Positions 1-10,477 of a stretch of DNA of 18,563 bases are shown here, in pieces (position 1 is the stretch's first letter; each line of letters begins with the position of its first letter). The notes under the pieces were generated by a model, which ran no database searches, had not been told where the DNA came from, and saw nothing but the letters and a program-made list of their open reading frames with translations. Origin of the DNA: an uncultured bacterium (GTDB lineage Bacteria > Abyssobacteria > SURF-5); NCBI GenBank assembly GCA_964510165.1, contig CAZEBC010000015.1:1-18563 (forward strand). Reading direction: 5' to 3'. A program made the position numbers and the translations under genes.

Positions 1-179
1 AGCCTGAAAACTCGCCCCACGCTTAAGTTTTCCGCAAGCGATTTCTGGCGCATATCATCAGCGACGTAGTGGAAGAAAGGCGTTTGCAGCCATGTCCTGC
101 AAACCCTCGATATTCACAAGCTGTTACCATACAGGAAGTTACATTAAACACAGACAGTGATTCCTGAGGGAGACCCCCA

Positions 180-1730
180 ATGTCGACAGCGGAACAGTTG
201 GAGAAACTGAAAAAATTACGGGATGAGGCCCTGCTGGGCGGCGGTCAGCCGCGTATTGATGAACAACATGAAAAGGGAAAGCTCACGGCCCGCGAGAGAA
301 TCGATCTCTTGCTGGACAAAGATTCGTTCACCGAGATCGGGTCATTCGTCACCCATCGTTGCACTCACTTCGGCATGGACAAGAAGAAATACCTCGGCGA
401 CGGCGTAGTGACCGGTTACGGAACCATAGCCGCAAGGCTTGTCTACGTGTTCGCCCAGGATTTCACAATCGTGGGCGGCACGCTCGGGCGAGCATTCGCG
501 GAAAAGGTGTGCAGGCTCATGGAAATGGCTATGCGCAATGGCGCTCCAATCATCGGCCTGTGCGACTCCGGCGGCGCCCGCATACAAGAAGGGGTCGAGA
601 GCCTGGCCGGCTATGCCGACATATTCCTCAGAAACACGCTCGCCTCGGGAGTGATCCCCCAGATATCGGTGGTCCTGGGGCCTTGCGCCGGCGGCGCGGT
701 GTATTCGCCCGCTCTGACGGATTTCATCTTCATGGTGGACAAGACGAGCTACATGTTCATCACCGGGCCCGAAGTCATCAAGGCGACAACCTTCGAAGAA
801 GTGACCAAGGAGGACCTCGGCGGCCCTCAAACCCACTCGACGCGTAGCGGCGTCTGCCATTTCGCCATGGCCGACGAGCAAAGCTGTCTGCAGATGGTGA
901 AGGAACTGCTGTCATACCTCCCCCAAAACAACATGGAGGACCCCCCGGTTGCGCCCACAGGCGACCCGGCCGACCGCACGGATGATTCGCTGAACACCAT
1001 CATACCCGACAGCCCCAAGGAATCGTATGAGATGTACAATGTCATCCGGTCGGTCGTCGATGACGGCAGATTCCTCGAGGTTCACGCCAACTACGCGCGA
1101 AACATTATCGTCGGCTTTGCGAGGCTGGGCGGAAAATCCGTGGGCATTGTCGCCAACCAGCCGATGGCGCTCTCCGGATGCCTCGACATTAATGCTTCCA
1201 TCAAGGGAGCGCGCTTTGTCAGGTTCTGCGACGCCTTCAATATCCCAATCATAACTTTTGAAGACGTGCCAGGTTTCCTGCCTGGAACCAGCCAGGAATA
1301 CGGCGGTATCATCATCCACGGAGCGAAGCTGCTGTACGCATATTGTGAGGCGACGGTACCCCGCGTAACAGTGATAACGCGAAAGGCCTACGGCGGCGCC
1401 TACTGCGTCATGTCCTCCAAACACGTCCGCTGCGATATCAACTACGCGTGGCCTTCCGCCGAAATCGCGGTCATGGGGCCCGAGGGCGCCGTCAATATCG
1501 TCTTCCGAAAGGAAATAGGAGACGCCGAGGACCGTGAGGCAGCCCGAAAGAAGCTCATTGATGAGTATCGCGAAAAATTCGCAAGTCCTTACATCGCGGC
1601 CCAGCAGGGCTATATTGATGAAGTGATTGAACCGAGCGCTACCAGGCCAAAGCTCATACGCGCGCTTGAAATGCTCCGAAACAAGCGCGACACGAATCCG
1701 CCCAAAAAACACGGGAACATCCCTTTATAA
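180..1730 (+). CDS. pccB: Acyl-CoA carboxylase carboxyltransferase subunit (propionyl-CoA carboxylase beta / methylmalonyl-CoA decarboxylase alpha, MmdA-like)
   Basis: 516 aa ORF with [54 protein letters not shown] and C-terminal [15 protein letters not shown] upstream of the ATG. PccB versus MmdA role cannot be separated from sequence alone. Confidence 0.95.
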   Translation: MSTAEQLEKLKKLRDEALLGGGQPRIDEQHEKGKLTARERIDLLLDKDSFTEIGSFVTHRCTHFGMDKKKYLGDGVVTGYGTIAARLVYVFAQDFTIVGGTLGRAFAEKVCRLMEMAMRNGAPIIGLCDSGGARIQEGVESLAGYADIFLRNTLASGVIPQISVVLGPCAGGAVYSPALTDFIFMVDKTSYMFITGPEVIKATTFEEVTKEDLGGPQTHSTRSGVCHFAMADEQSCLQMVKELLSYLPQNNMEDPPVAPTGDPADRTDDSLNTIIPDSPKESYEMYNVIRSVVDDGRFLEVHANYARNIIVGFARLGGKSVGIVANQPMALSGCLDINASIKGARFVRFCDAFNIPIITFEDVPGFLPGTSQEYGGIIIHGAKLLYAYCEATVPRVTVITRKAYGGAYCVMSSKHVRCDINYAWPSAEIAVMGPEGAVNIVFRKEIGDAEDREAARKKLIDEYREKFASPYIAAQQGYIDEVIEPSATRPKLIRALEMLRNKRDTNPPKKHGNIPL

Positions 1731-1744
1731 TTGCGGATTGAACC

Positions 1745-1766
1745 GAAGCGCAGGCTTTCAGCCTGC
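1745..1766. repeat. REP-like palindrome (GAAG-C-GCAGGCT-TTC-AGCCTGC)
   Basis: Perfect 7-bp inverted repeat (1750-1756/1760-1766) with a 3-nt loop, 14 bp after the carboxyltransferase stop, preceded by GAAG (one mismatch from the GTAG REP tetranucleotide). Confidence 0.5.
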
Positions 1767-1790
1767 AAACAAACACGGAGGCATATGTAG

Positions 1791-2231
1791 GTGAGAAGAT
1801 TCGAGTTGCTTTTAAATGGAAAAGTCTACCTGGTGGAGGTTACCAGAGTCAGCAGCGAAGGCGCTCTTGTCAACGTCAACGGAACGCAATATGAGGTCGG
1901 CATAAATGACCTCTCCAGGGTGGAAATCCCGAAGATGATGAAGGTCGGCGAGGCGCAGCCGGTCTGCCCCGCCGCCGCGCCGCAGGGCAGCGCCACAGTA
2001 GTGACCGTGGGCGGACTCACCACGGTCAAAGCCCCGCTCCCGGGCCTCATTATCGACGTGAAGGTGAAAGTCGGCGATAGGGTAAAGGTCTGCGACGTGA
2101 TCTTGGTGATCGAGACCATGAAGATGGAGAACAATGTCGTCTCACCTCGCGAGGGAACGATTAAGGAAGTGAAGGTTTCAAAAGACATGACGGTCAACGA
2201 GGGCGCTCCCCTCGTTGTCATCGGCGATTGA
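1791..2231 (+). CDS. Biotin carboxyl carrier protein (biotin/lipoyl domain; MmdC-like)
   Basis: GTG start after GGAGG (1777-1781); N-terminal 'NG..Y.V' segments, Ala/Pro linker, APLPG and ETMKMEN biotinylation motif (consensus EAMKMEN). Confidence 0.93.
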   Translation: MRRFELLLNGKVYLVEVTRVSSEGALVNVNGTQYEVGINDLSRVEIPKMMKVGEAQPVCPAAAPQGSATVVTVGGLTTVKAPLPGLIIDVKVKVGDRVKVCDVILVIETMKMENNVVSPREGTIKEVKVSKDMTVNEGAPLVVIGD

Positions 2232-2283
2232 TTCCGCCTCGCCCAAGCGTTTTTCGTTCTCCAAACCCGAAAGGATACGCGCG

Positions 2284-3948
<1,665 letters not shown>

Positions 3949-3960
3949 CAGAACTGTAAC

Positions 3961-4473
3961 ATGATCATCAATTATGGCGACCGTACGCCCCGCATCGCGC
4001 CGACCGCCTTCATCGCGGAAGGCGCAAAGATCATCGGCGGCGTCGAGATCGGGGATAAAGCCAGCATATTGTTCAACTGCGTCCTGCGCGGCGATATCAA
4101 CGACATCCGCGTCGGCGAATGCAGCAACATCCAGGATAACTCCATCATGCACGTGGCTGATGAATGGCCCTGCATAGTTGGCAATTACGTGACCGTCGGC
4201 CATGGCGTCAACCTGCACGGCTGCACTATCGAGGATGAATGCGTCGTCGGCATGGGCGCAATTGTGATGAACGGCGTCGTCATAGGCCGCCAGTCGGTCA
4301 TCGGAGCGGGCGCGCTCGTGCCGCCAAACACGAAGGTCCCGCCACGCAGCATGGTGGTAGGTGTGCCAGCGAAGATAACTCGCCAGCTATCCGACGAAGA
4401 GGCCGCTCAAAACCGGTACTGGGCGGAAAAATATGTAAGGGTTACCCGCAAATATATCGAACAGGCGCAATGA
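3961..4473 (+). CDS. Gamma carbonic anhydrase family protein (YrdA/CaiE/PaaY-like, left-handed beta helix)
   Basis: Hexapeptide repeats, LRGD, NIQDN, three metal-ligand histidines (IMHV, VGHG, LHGC) and GVPAK; starts 12 bp after the mutase stop. Confidence 0.92.
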   Translation: MIINYGDRTPRIAPTAFIAEGAKIIGGVEIGDKASILFNCVLRGDINDIRVGECSNIQDNSIMHVADEWPCIVGNYVTVGHGVNLHGCTIEDECVVGMGAIVMNGVVIGRQSVIGAGALVPPNTKVPPRSMVVGVPAKITRQLSDEEAAQNRYWAEKYVRVTRKYIEQAQ

Positions 4474-4504
4474 ACCTTCCATAGAGGCTCTCCCGTAACG
4501 GGGC

Positions 4505-4526
4505 GGCGGGGCGAATTCATTCGCAC
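4505..4526. repeat. REP-like palindrome (GCGAAT-TC-ATTCGC core)
   Basis: Perfect 6-bp inverted repeat at 4511-4524, downstream of the gamma-CA stop. The GCGAATTCATTCGC core matches my recollection of GTAG-family REPs; the 5' flank is degenerate. Confidence 0.45.
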
Positions 4527-4611
4527 ATTTTCCCGCGCGTTTTTTCTAACCCCTCTTTGAGAATGTATTGACGCCTCGCCGATTGCAGAGAAGTCCAGGC
4601 ACCATCGTTCC

Positions 4612-5400
4612 ATGGCAAAGGCAAAACACCGTAGAGTACACCCCGTCGTTCGGGCGCTCCTGTTCCTCTTCCCCCCCATTTACAAGGCGTACATGCACTT
4701 CGTATTTTTGACGAGCAAGCGCGTCTTCTACAACTACAAGTCCATACTGAAGGCGTATGACGAAGGCCGCAGCATTGTGGGCGCTATCTGGCACCAGGAT
4801 GTTATCCTCGTTCCCTTCACCTTCCGCAACTATAATGTGGTCACCATGGTCAGCAAGAGCGACCAGGGCGAGATCATGGCCACGATCGTCAAGAGGATGG
4901 GCTTCATCCCGGTTCGCGGCGGCAGTTCGATGGCAGGCTCCGATGCGCTGTCCGAAGTCATAGACTATATCCGCTCAAATGAAAAGATCCTCTTCGGCAT
5001 CACGGTGGACGGCTCGCGCGGACCAAAATACAAGGTCAAAAAAGGCGCAATCGTCATCGCGAAGGAGTCAGGCGCGCCCATTTATCCCGTCAAGGCATGG
5101 GCAAAACGGAAGATACTCTTGCCCACATGGGACAACACGATCGTTCCCCTTCCATTCAACGAATTCGTGTTCTTCATCGGCGAGCCTCTACGGGTGGATT
5201 CGAGTGCAACCATGGAAGAGATCGAACGCAAGCGCCAGGAGCTCGAAGACGCGCTCATGGCGCTCGTGCAGCGCGCAGAGCGGCATTTCTCTGACCGAAA
5301 CCCCAAGGAATATCCCTACGAAAGCAAGGCCGTCCATTACTGGACAGACATGGCCGGAGTCGACAGACCGGAGGACGACGATGACCTCCCGCCCCAATGA
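4612..5400 (+). CDS. Lysophospholipid acyltransferase-like protein (DUF374 family)
   Basis: N-terminal hydrophobic segment, IWHQD, VSKSDQGE, VRGGSS, ITVDGSRGP and TWD...PLPF motifs typical of DUF374/LPLAT-like proteins. Confidence 0.85.
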   Translation: MAKAKHRRVHPVVRALLFLFPPIYKAYMHFVFLTSKRVFYNYKSILKAYDEGRSIVGAIWHQDVILVPFTFRNYNVVTMVSKSDQGEIMATIVKRMGFIPVRGGSSMAGSDALSEVIDYIRSNEKILFGITVDGSRGPKYKVKKGAIVIAKESGAPIYPVKAWAKRKILLPTWDNTIVPLPFNEFVFFIGEPLRVDSSATMEEIERKRQELEDALMALVQRAERHFSDRNPKEYPYESKAVHYWTDMAGVDRPEDDDDLPPQ

Positions 5401-5407
5401 CCAATCC

Positions 5408-6811
5408 CTACTTCATCTGCTTGTACACCTCTGCATACGTCCGATCCCTGACCGGGCAACCGGTCGGCAGTTTCCGGCTGCCCTTGTCAAAGCCCCTCAG
5501 CATATTTGAACACATGCTGTCGGCAAGGCAGACCTTCTTCGGGTCCAGCGTTCCACTGCGTCCTTCGGCGGCGAAATCGGGATACGCGAGCGCGCCGCGT
5601 CCGAACCCCGCAATCGTCACGTTTCCACGGGCAACGTTCGCGGCGGCGGCGTTGAGCATGAACTGCCTCAGCCAACTGTAGCCCGCGCCGATCATCGGCA
5701 CGGTAGGAAACGCCCTTTGCATGTCATTCGTCAGGCGGAACAAGCGGTCAATGCTCACCAGCGGATGTTCGGGCGACTCATATCCGCCCTCAACCGGTCT
5801 TGTGTAGGGACGCAGAAGATGCGGACACCAGTACGGGCTGCCAATGCTGATGCTGAAGATCTTCACCCCGAGTCCGCTGAGCATATCTACGAGCTTCTTG
5901 GGCTCGCTGAGGTCTTCCTTGCCCGGATTGCGCGCGTCCACTCCCCAGCCACACCGGTATGGAATCTCGCACTTCATCGGGCTCCCCATGCCCGTCTTGA
6001 TGTCTCTCACGAAAGGAACTCCGTCGTACACGTTCAGTCGGGACGCGATGAGGAGCTCCCCGCGGACCGCCTCGTCAATCCTCATCACCACGTTGCGGAT
6101 GAAGCTCCGCCGGTTCTTCAAACTGCCCCCGTACTTGCCGGGCCGCTCCCGCGCGGCAAGCAGTTCATTCAGGAGGTACGTGTGACATTGCTTCACATCG
6201 ACAAAATCAAAGCCGCAATCCCTGGCCACGACCGCCGCACTCACAAACTCATCCTCAAGCCGCTCCAGGTATTCGTCGGTCACAACCGGATAATCCGCCG
6301 GAAGCGGCGCCCGCGTGAGCTTATCGAGAAAAGTAAATGCGTCCTGCACCGGCGAATGAAACAGTATGGCCGGCTTCTCAAAGCTGTGGCGGCCCGCATG
6401 TGTGAGCTGGATTCCGACAAGCAGGTCGTCAACCGAACCAAATCTCTCACGATGCGCCGCCCGCGTCCGTGTGACGAGTTCCTTGAATTCGGCCCTGTTA
6501 CGCTCGTTCAACAAGAGCTGGCGCGGATTCGACCGGCCCTCCGCAACGACCGCCGCCGCCTCGCCCCATATCAGCTTGGCGCCGCTTTCGGCGAACCGCT
6601 TCCATCTGCGGAGCGTCAGTTCGCTCGGCTTGCCGTCACCAGTCGCGTCGCTTCCCTCCATCGGATGAACCGCAACCCGGTTCCCAAGCGTGCGACCGGC
6701 AATCTCAAGCGGCTCATACAATATGTCGGTTTCCCGATCAAAGACAATCTCAAGATGCCTCCGCTTGCAGTCCTCCGATATATCTTCCAACGTCTTATAA
6801 TCAAAACTCAT
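5408..6811 (-). CDS. NADH:flavin oxidoreductase (old yellow enzyme-like FMN TIM barrel) with C-terminal Cys motif
   Basis: NRVAVHPMEG, GAKLIWGEA, QLTHAGR, GFDFVDVKQCHTYLLNELL, YGGSLKNR and GFGR motifs; C-terminal CLADSMC...GC. Confidence 0.88.
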   Translation of the reverse strand: MSFDYKTLEDISEDCKRRHLEIVFDRETDILYEPLEIAGRTLGNRVAVHPMEGSDATGDGKPSELTLRRWKRFAESGAKLIWGEAAAVVAEGRSNPRQLLLNERNRAEFKELVTRTRAAHRERFGSVDDLLVGIQLTHAGRHSFEKPAILFHSPVQDAFTFLDKLTRAPLPADYPVVTDEYLERLEDEFVSAAVVARDCGFDFVDVKQCHTYLLNELLAARERPGKYGGSLKNRRSFIRNVVMRIDEAVRGELLIASRLNVYDGVPFVRDIKTGMGSPMKCEIPYRCGWGVDARNPGKEDLSEPKKLVDMLSGLGVKIFSISIGSPYWCPHLLRPYTRPVEGGYESPEHPLVSIDRLFRLTNDMQRAFPTVPMIGAGYSWLRQFMLNAAAANVARGNVTIAGFGRGALAYPDFAAEGRSGTLDPKKVCLADSMCSNMLRGFDKGSRKLPTGCPVRDRTYAEVYKQMK

Positions 6812-6820
6812 CGCGGACTC

Positions 6821-7750
6821 CTATCCAATCATCCCGAGTTCCTTGAGGGTTCGGCCAAGTTTCAGCTTCTCAGCTTCCTCGAGCGGAAGCAGTGGCGGAC
6901 GCACCACCGCCCTTGGCAGGACGCCCTGCAACACCAGCGCCTCTTTCAGTCGAACGCGGTAGTCTCTCACCGGCGAAGCAAAAACAGCGTTGACAAGCGG
7001 CCGTATCTTGCTCCTGTACGTGTCGAGAGCTTCAGGATATCTGCCGTCCATCGCGAGGCGTATCATCTGGATTTGCTCGGCGACGGCGACCGTGCCAAAC
7101 CCGATGAGCGCGCCGTCGGCTCCGAGAAAAAACGATTCGAGTATGAAATTGTCGTTGCCGGTGAGGACCGATATCTTGCGAGAAGCGCGCCCGACTGCCT
7201 CCACGGTCTTGACAAATGTGACCGCATCGAACGAGGCTTCCTTGATCGCAATCACCGACTCGATCTCCAGAAGCCGCCTGAGTGTTTGCTCGCTGAAAAT
7301 GACGCCGCCCAGGTCCGGCTGCAACTGGAAAAGCACGAGCGGCAGCCCCGTCGCCGACGCGACCGCCTCGTGATGTCTGAGCGGAATCTCGTGCGGCAGA
7401 GGCGTCCCGATATAGGCAGGGATCGGAAAGATGACAAGTCCGTCCGCGCCAGCCTGCTCGGCCTCGCGAGCTTGGCGAACTGCGTCTGCGCTCGAAGGCC
7501 CGCCCACACCGGCCAGCACCGGCAGCCGCTTCCCAACTTCCTCCTTCCATATGGAAAGAACCTTTCTTCTCTCCTCCCTCGTCAGGTGAGGGCCTTCGCC
7601 GGTATCCATATTGACCGCCACCGCTTTCAGGCCCTCGAATGACATAATCCAGCGGATATAATGTCTCAGCGCGCCCTCATCAACCTCATATGCGTCGGTC
7701 ATCGGAGTCACGGTTGCGGGGATAAGTCCGTCGAGATCAAGAGTTCGCAT
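6821..7750 (-). CDS. Dihydrodipicolinate synthase (DapA/NAL) family protein, non-canonical active site
   Basis: GLIPATVTPM, xxTGE, LAGVG, GADG, IKEAS (Schiff-base Lys), LTGND and VRPPLLPL; 309 aa. Confidence 0.9.
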   Translation of the reverse strand: MRTLDLDGLIPATVTPMTDAYEVDEGALRHYIRWIMSFEGLKAVAVNMDTGEGPHLTREERRKVLSIWKEEVGKRLPVLAGVGGPSSADAVRQAREAEQAGADGLVIFPIPAYIGTPLPHEIPLRHHEAVASATGLPLVLFQLQPDLGGVIFSEQTLRRLLEIESVIAIKEASFDAVTFVKTVEAVGRASRKISVLTGNDNFILESFFLGADGALIGFGTVAVAEQIQMIRLAMDGRYPEALDTYRSKIRPLVNAVFASPVRDYRVRLKEALVLQGVLPRAVVRPPLLPLEEAEKLKLGRTLKELGMIG

Positions 7751-7766
7751 GGTTCCCGCTTTCGAT

Positions 7767-9191
7767 TCAATACTTGCCCTGAGCAGTCAGTTGATATTGA
7801 TATGTCTTACGTTTCAACACTTCCTGTGAGGCCTGCTGGTTCACTTCTTCGGCTGTCGCCTGGACCTCCTTGAGCAGTTCCTCTTCGTCTATCGTTTGAA
7901 TCTTCCCATCCTCGTATATGACTTTCCCGTCAATGATCGACATCGCTACTTCGTCGCCCCGAGCCGAAAGAACGAGGTTGGGCACGATGTTGCGCACAGG
8001 CTCTCGAAGCGCCGGCATCATGCTCGGCTTCTTCAAGTCTATCAATATCGCGTCCGCCTTCTTGCCCGGTTCCAGAGAGCCGACTTCGTCGGCAAGCCCG
8101 AGGGCCGCCGCCCCCTCGATCGTGGCCATCCTGAGCGCCTTCCATGCGGGAAGAAACGACGGGTCCCCCGCTTTCATCTTGAGCGTGAGCGAGGCCAGCT
8201 TCATCTCGCTGAAAATGTTCGTGCCATTGTTCGAGCTGGTCTCGTCGGTCCCGAGGCATACGGTCCCGCCCGCCCGCAGGAACACATCGGCCGGCGGCAC
8301 GATGCCGTCGCAGATGATGAGGCTCGACGGACAGAAGGCCATTGATGCGCCGCTCCGTGCAATCCTTTCAACCTCTTCGTCTGTGCACTTGACCATGTGA
8401 ACGGCCACCAATCGCTCATCGAGATAGCCGATCTGCTCCAGGAAATCAACCGGCCGCTTCCCGTATCGGTTCTTCATCTGGAGCATCTCGCGGTCACCCT
8501 GCCCGATGTGCATGTGAATCTTGAGGTCATGCTTCTCCGCCGTCTCCTTTATCTTCTCCAACAAAGCGATGCTGCAATAGTCGGCGCCCTGCGGCCCGAG
8601 CATCACGGTGACCCGTCCGCTCGCGGCGCCGTTCCACTTGTCAATCAACTCAAGGTTCTCCTGAAGCCTGAACTCGCCAATCGAAGGCTCGAAAGGATAA
8701 AGCTCGCCTTCTTTCAAAATGCTCTCGACCGGCGGCACTTCACTTATCAGGCTGCATACCGTGGCGCGAATTCCCAGCTTTTCATAAAACGGCAGTGCGA
8801 TAAGCATGCCCGGGCCGTAATCGCCAAATGTAGTCGTCCCGGCGCGCACGGCCTCGATGGCCGAAAGCCGGGCGCCGGCAAGCACGGCGTCCGGCGTGAG
8901 CTGCTCAAAGAACGGGTCAACCCCTTCGTGCCACGTGGGAGCATCCTGTCCAAGCCCGCGCAGAATCGCAATCACAGTGTGCAGATGTCCGTCAATCAGG
9001 CCCGGCAGCACGGCCTTCATACTCGCATCAATAACCTTCTTGGCTGTCCCATGTTTCGCCTGGAGTTTGTCCGACGGACCGACATCAACAATCTTGTTCC
9101 CCTGAATGGCGACTGCGCCGTCCCCAATATACCCCACGCCGTCACCTGCCATCGTGAATACGTCTCCGTGTGCGATCAATATGTCAATCAT
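7767..9191 (-). CDS. Metal-dependent amidohydrolase, MtaD/AtzA/SsnA-like deaminase family
   Basis: LPGLIDGHLH, AGTTT, HMHIGQ, AVHM, LGTD, ATIEGAAALG and GSLEPGKKAD motifs; GAGGAG upstream of the start. Confidence 0.9.
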   Translation of the reverse strand: MIDILIAHGDVFTMAGDGVGYIGDGAVAIQGNKIVDVGPSDKLQAKHGTAKKVIDASMKAVLPGLIDGHLHTVIAILRGLGQDAPTWHEGVDPFFEQLTPDAVLAGARLSAIEAVRAGTTTFGDYGPGMLIALPFYEKLGIRATVCSLISEVPPVESILKEGELYPFEPSIGEFRLQENLELIDKWNGAASGRVTVMLGPQGADYCSIALLEKIKETAEKHDLKIHMHIGQGDREMLQMKNRYGKRPVDFLEQIGYLDERLVAVHMVKCTDEEVERIARSGASMAFCPSSLIICDGIVPPADVFLRAGGTVCLGTDETSSNNGTNIFSEMKLASLTLKMKAGDPSFLPAWKALRMATIEGAAALGLADEVGSLEPGKKADAILIDLKKPSMMPALREPVRNIVPNLVLSARGDEVAMSIIDGKVIYEDGKIQTIDEEELLKEVQATAEEVNQQASQEVLKRKTYQYQLTAQGKY

Positions 9192-9247
9192 CGGGTCTCC
9201 TCTGCATGAAGAGCAGGCATGTCATCCGGCTATCGCCCGCCACGTCG

Positions 9248-9276
9248 TTGACATCGTTGTGAGCTGAATCTATAAT
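9248..9276 (+). promoter_or_regulatory. Sigma70-type promoter, perfect consensus
   Basis: TTGACA (9248-9253), 17-bp spacer, TATAAT (9271-9276), 42 bp upstream of ATG 9319, in a divergent intergenic region. Confidence 0.88.
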
Positions 9277-9318
9277 CTACCAGAAAAGCCACGAATATCA
9301 AAGGCCAACGGAGGCGCG

Positions 9319-10467
9319 ATGAAATTCGAACCGTCATATGACGTCATCGTGGTAGGCGCCGGAGTCGCTGGGCTGGCTGCGGCCGCCGCTTCGGCCAGGT
9401 CCGGCGCGCACACGCTCATCCTCGAGGCCGCTCCCGAAGTCGCCATGAAGGTCAAGGGCGAAGTCATCAGGCGCAACAACGCCGTTGTGGAACGCATCCT
9501 CGGCAAGCCGCTTCCCGACTCGCTCGTCAATGCCTCAAGCAAACGTCGAAGAGTCTACAGCCCCTCATGTAAGAAACATGCACTCCTCAACATGGACTAT
9601 GAATCGCTCATGATCGAGTATCGCCCCTTCGTGCATGAAATCGCCCGCGCGTGCGTGAGTTCCGGCGCCAGGCTTGCCTTAAACACTGAGGCCAAAGACC
9701 TGATCGTCAACGAGCAGGAGCAGGTGTGTGGGCTCGAATGCATATCGGAGGGCCGCCGCCTGCGCCTCCAGTGCAAGGCAGTTATTGGCGCCGACGGCCA
9801 CGGGTCGCCGCTGAGGCGTCTTGCCCGCTTGCCCGCTCCCGTACTCTGCGCATCTTACAAGGTCGTTGTGGAAGGGGCCGACATCCCTGACGTGGACGTG
9901 CTCGAATTCATGCTCCTCACCGAACCGGCAGGCGCAATATGGATATTCCCGAAAGGCGGCTCCAGCGCGGAATGCGGCATCACTCTTTGGGACCGAAGTC
10001 CGGCGGCTCAGAACGCCGACATACGAGCCGCCTGGGAACGCCATCGGGAGAATCACCCGATATTGCGCGAGCGCCTGAAGAACGCGTCATACGTGCTCAC
10101 GAGCGAGGATAGGATCATTTTCGACGGACCGGTCGAAGATTTCGTGCGCCCGGGACTCGTTTTGGTGGGAGACGCCGCCGGCCAGGTGGGCGCAAAGGGC
10201 GGCTCTGGCATCCTCAGCGGGATGAGCATGGGATACGCTGCTGGCGAATTCCTCGGCGCCTGCGTAGTCAGGGAGAAGCGCATCCCCGACGAAGCAACAA
10301 TGGCCCGATGCGTCGAGTTCTTGAAGAATACCGACACGTGGCGCATCCTGAAGGATGAACAGCAGAAGGGAACGATGACGCGCAATTTCCTTTTCGACGT
10401 CCTGAAGACGAACGAGGAAATCGACAACGCGTGGGACTCCCTGATGGCGATGGCGGGAAAACAATAA
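9319..10467 (+). CDS. FAD-dependent oxidoreductase, geranylgeranyl reductase/FixC-like family
   Basis: YDVIVVGAGVAG Rossmann motif, VIGADG, WIFPKG and LVGDAAG...G.GI; GGAGG RBS at 9310-9314. Confidence 0.87.
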   Translation: MKFEPSYDVIVVGAGVAGLAAAAASARSGAHTLILEAAPEVAMKVKGEVIRRNNAVVERILGKPLPDSLVNASSKRRRVYSPSCKKHALLNMDYESLMIEYRPFVHEIARACVSSGARLALNTEAKDLIVNEQEQVCGLECISEGRRLRLQCKAVIGADGHGSPLRRLARLPAPVLCASYKVVVEGADIPDVDVLEFMLLTEPAGAIWIFPKGGSSAECGITLWDRSPAAQNADIRAAWERHRENHPILRERLKNASYVLTSEDRIIFDGPVEDFVRPGLVLVGDAAGQVGAKGGSGILSGMSMGYAAGEFLGACVVREKRIPDEATMARCVEFLKNTDTWRILKDEQQKGTMTRNFLFDVLKTNEEIDNAWDSLMAMAGKQ

Positions 10468-10477
10468 AGGGTGTCTC

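Noticed and set aside
2215..2283. N-terminal extension of the mutase in the ORF track
   Set aside because: Overlaps the biotin carrier gene and lacks an RBS; ATG 2284 follows AAGGA.
4568..4600. TTGACG as a -35 box for the DUF374 gene
   Set aside because: No acceptable -10 hexamer at 16-18 bp spacing.
5717..7642. 641-aa ORF on + strand
   Set aside because: Antisense shadow of the OYE and DapA-like genes, which share a frame across a 9-bp gap; no recognisable motifs.
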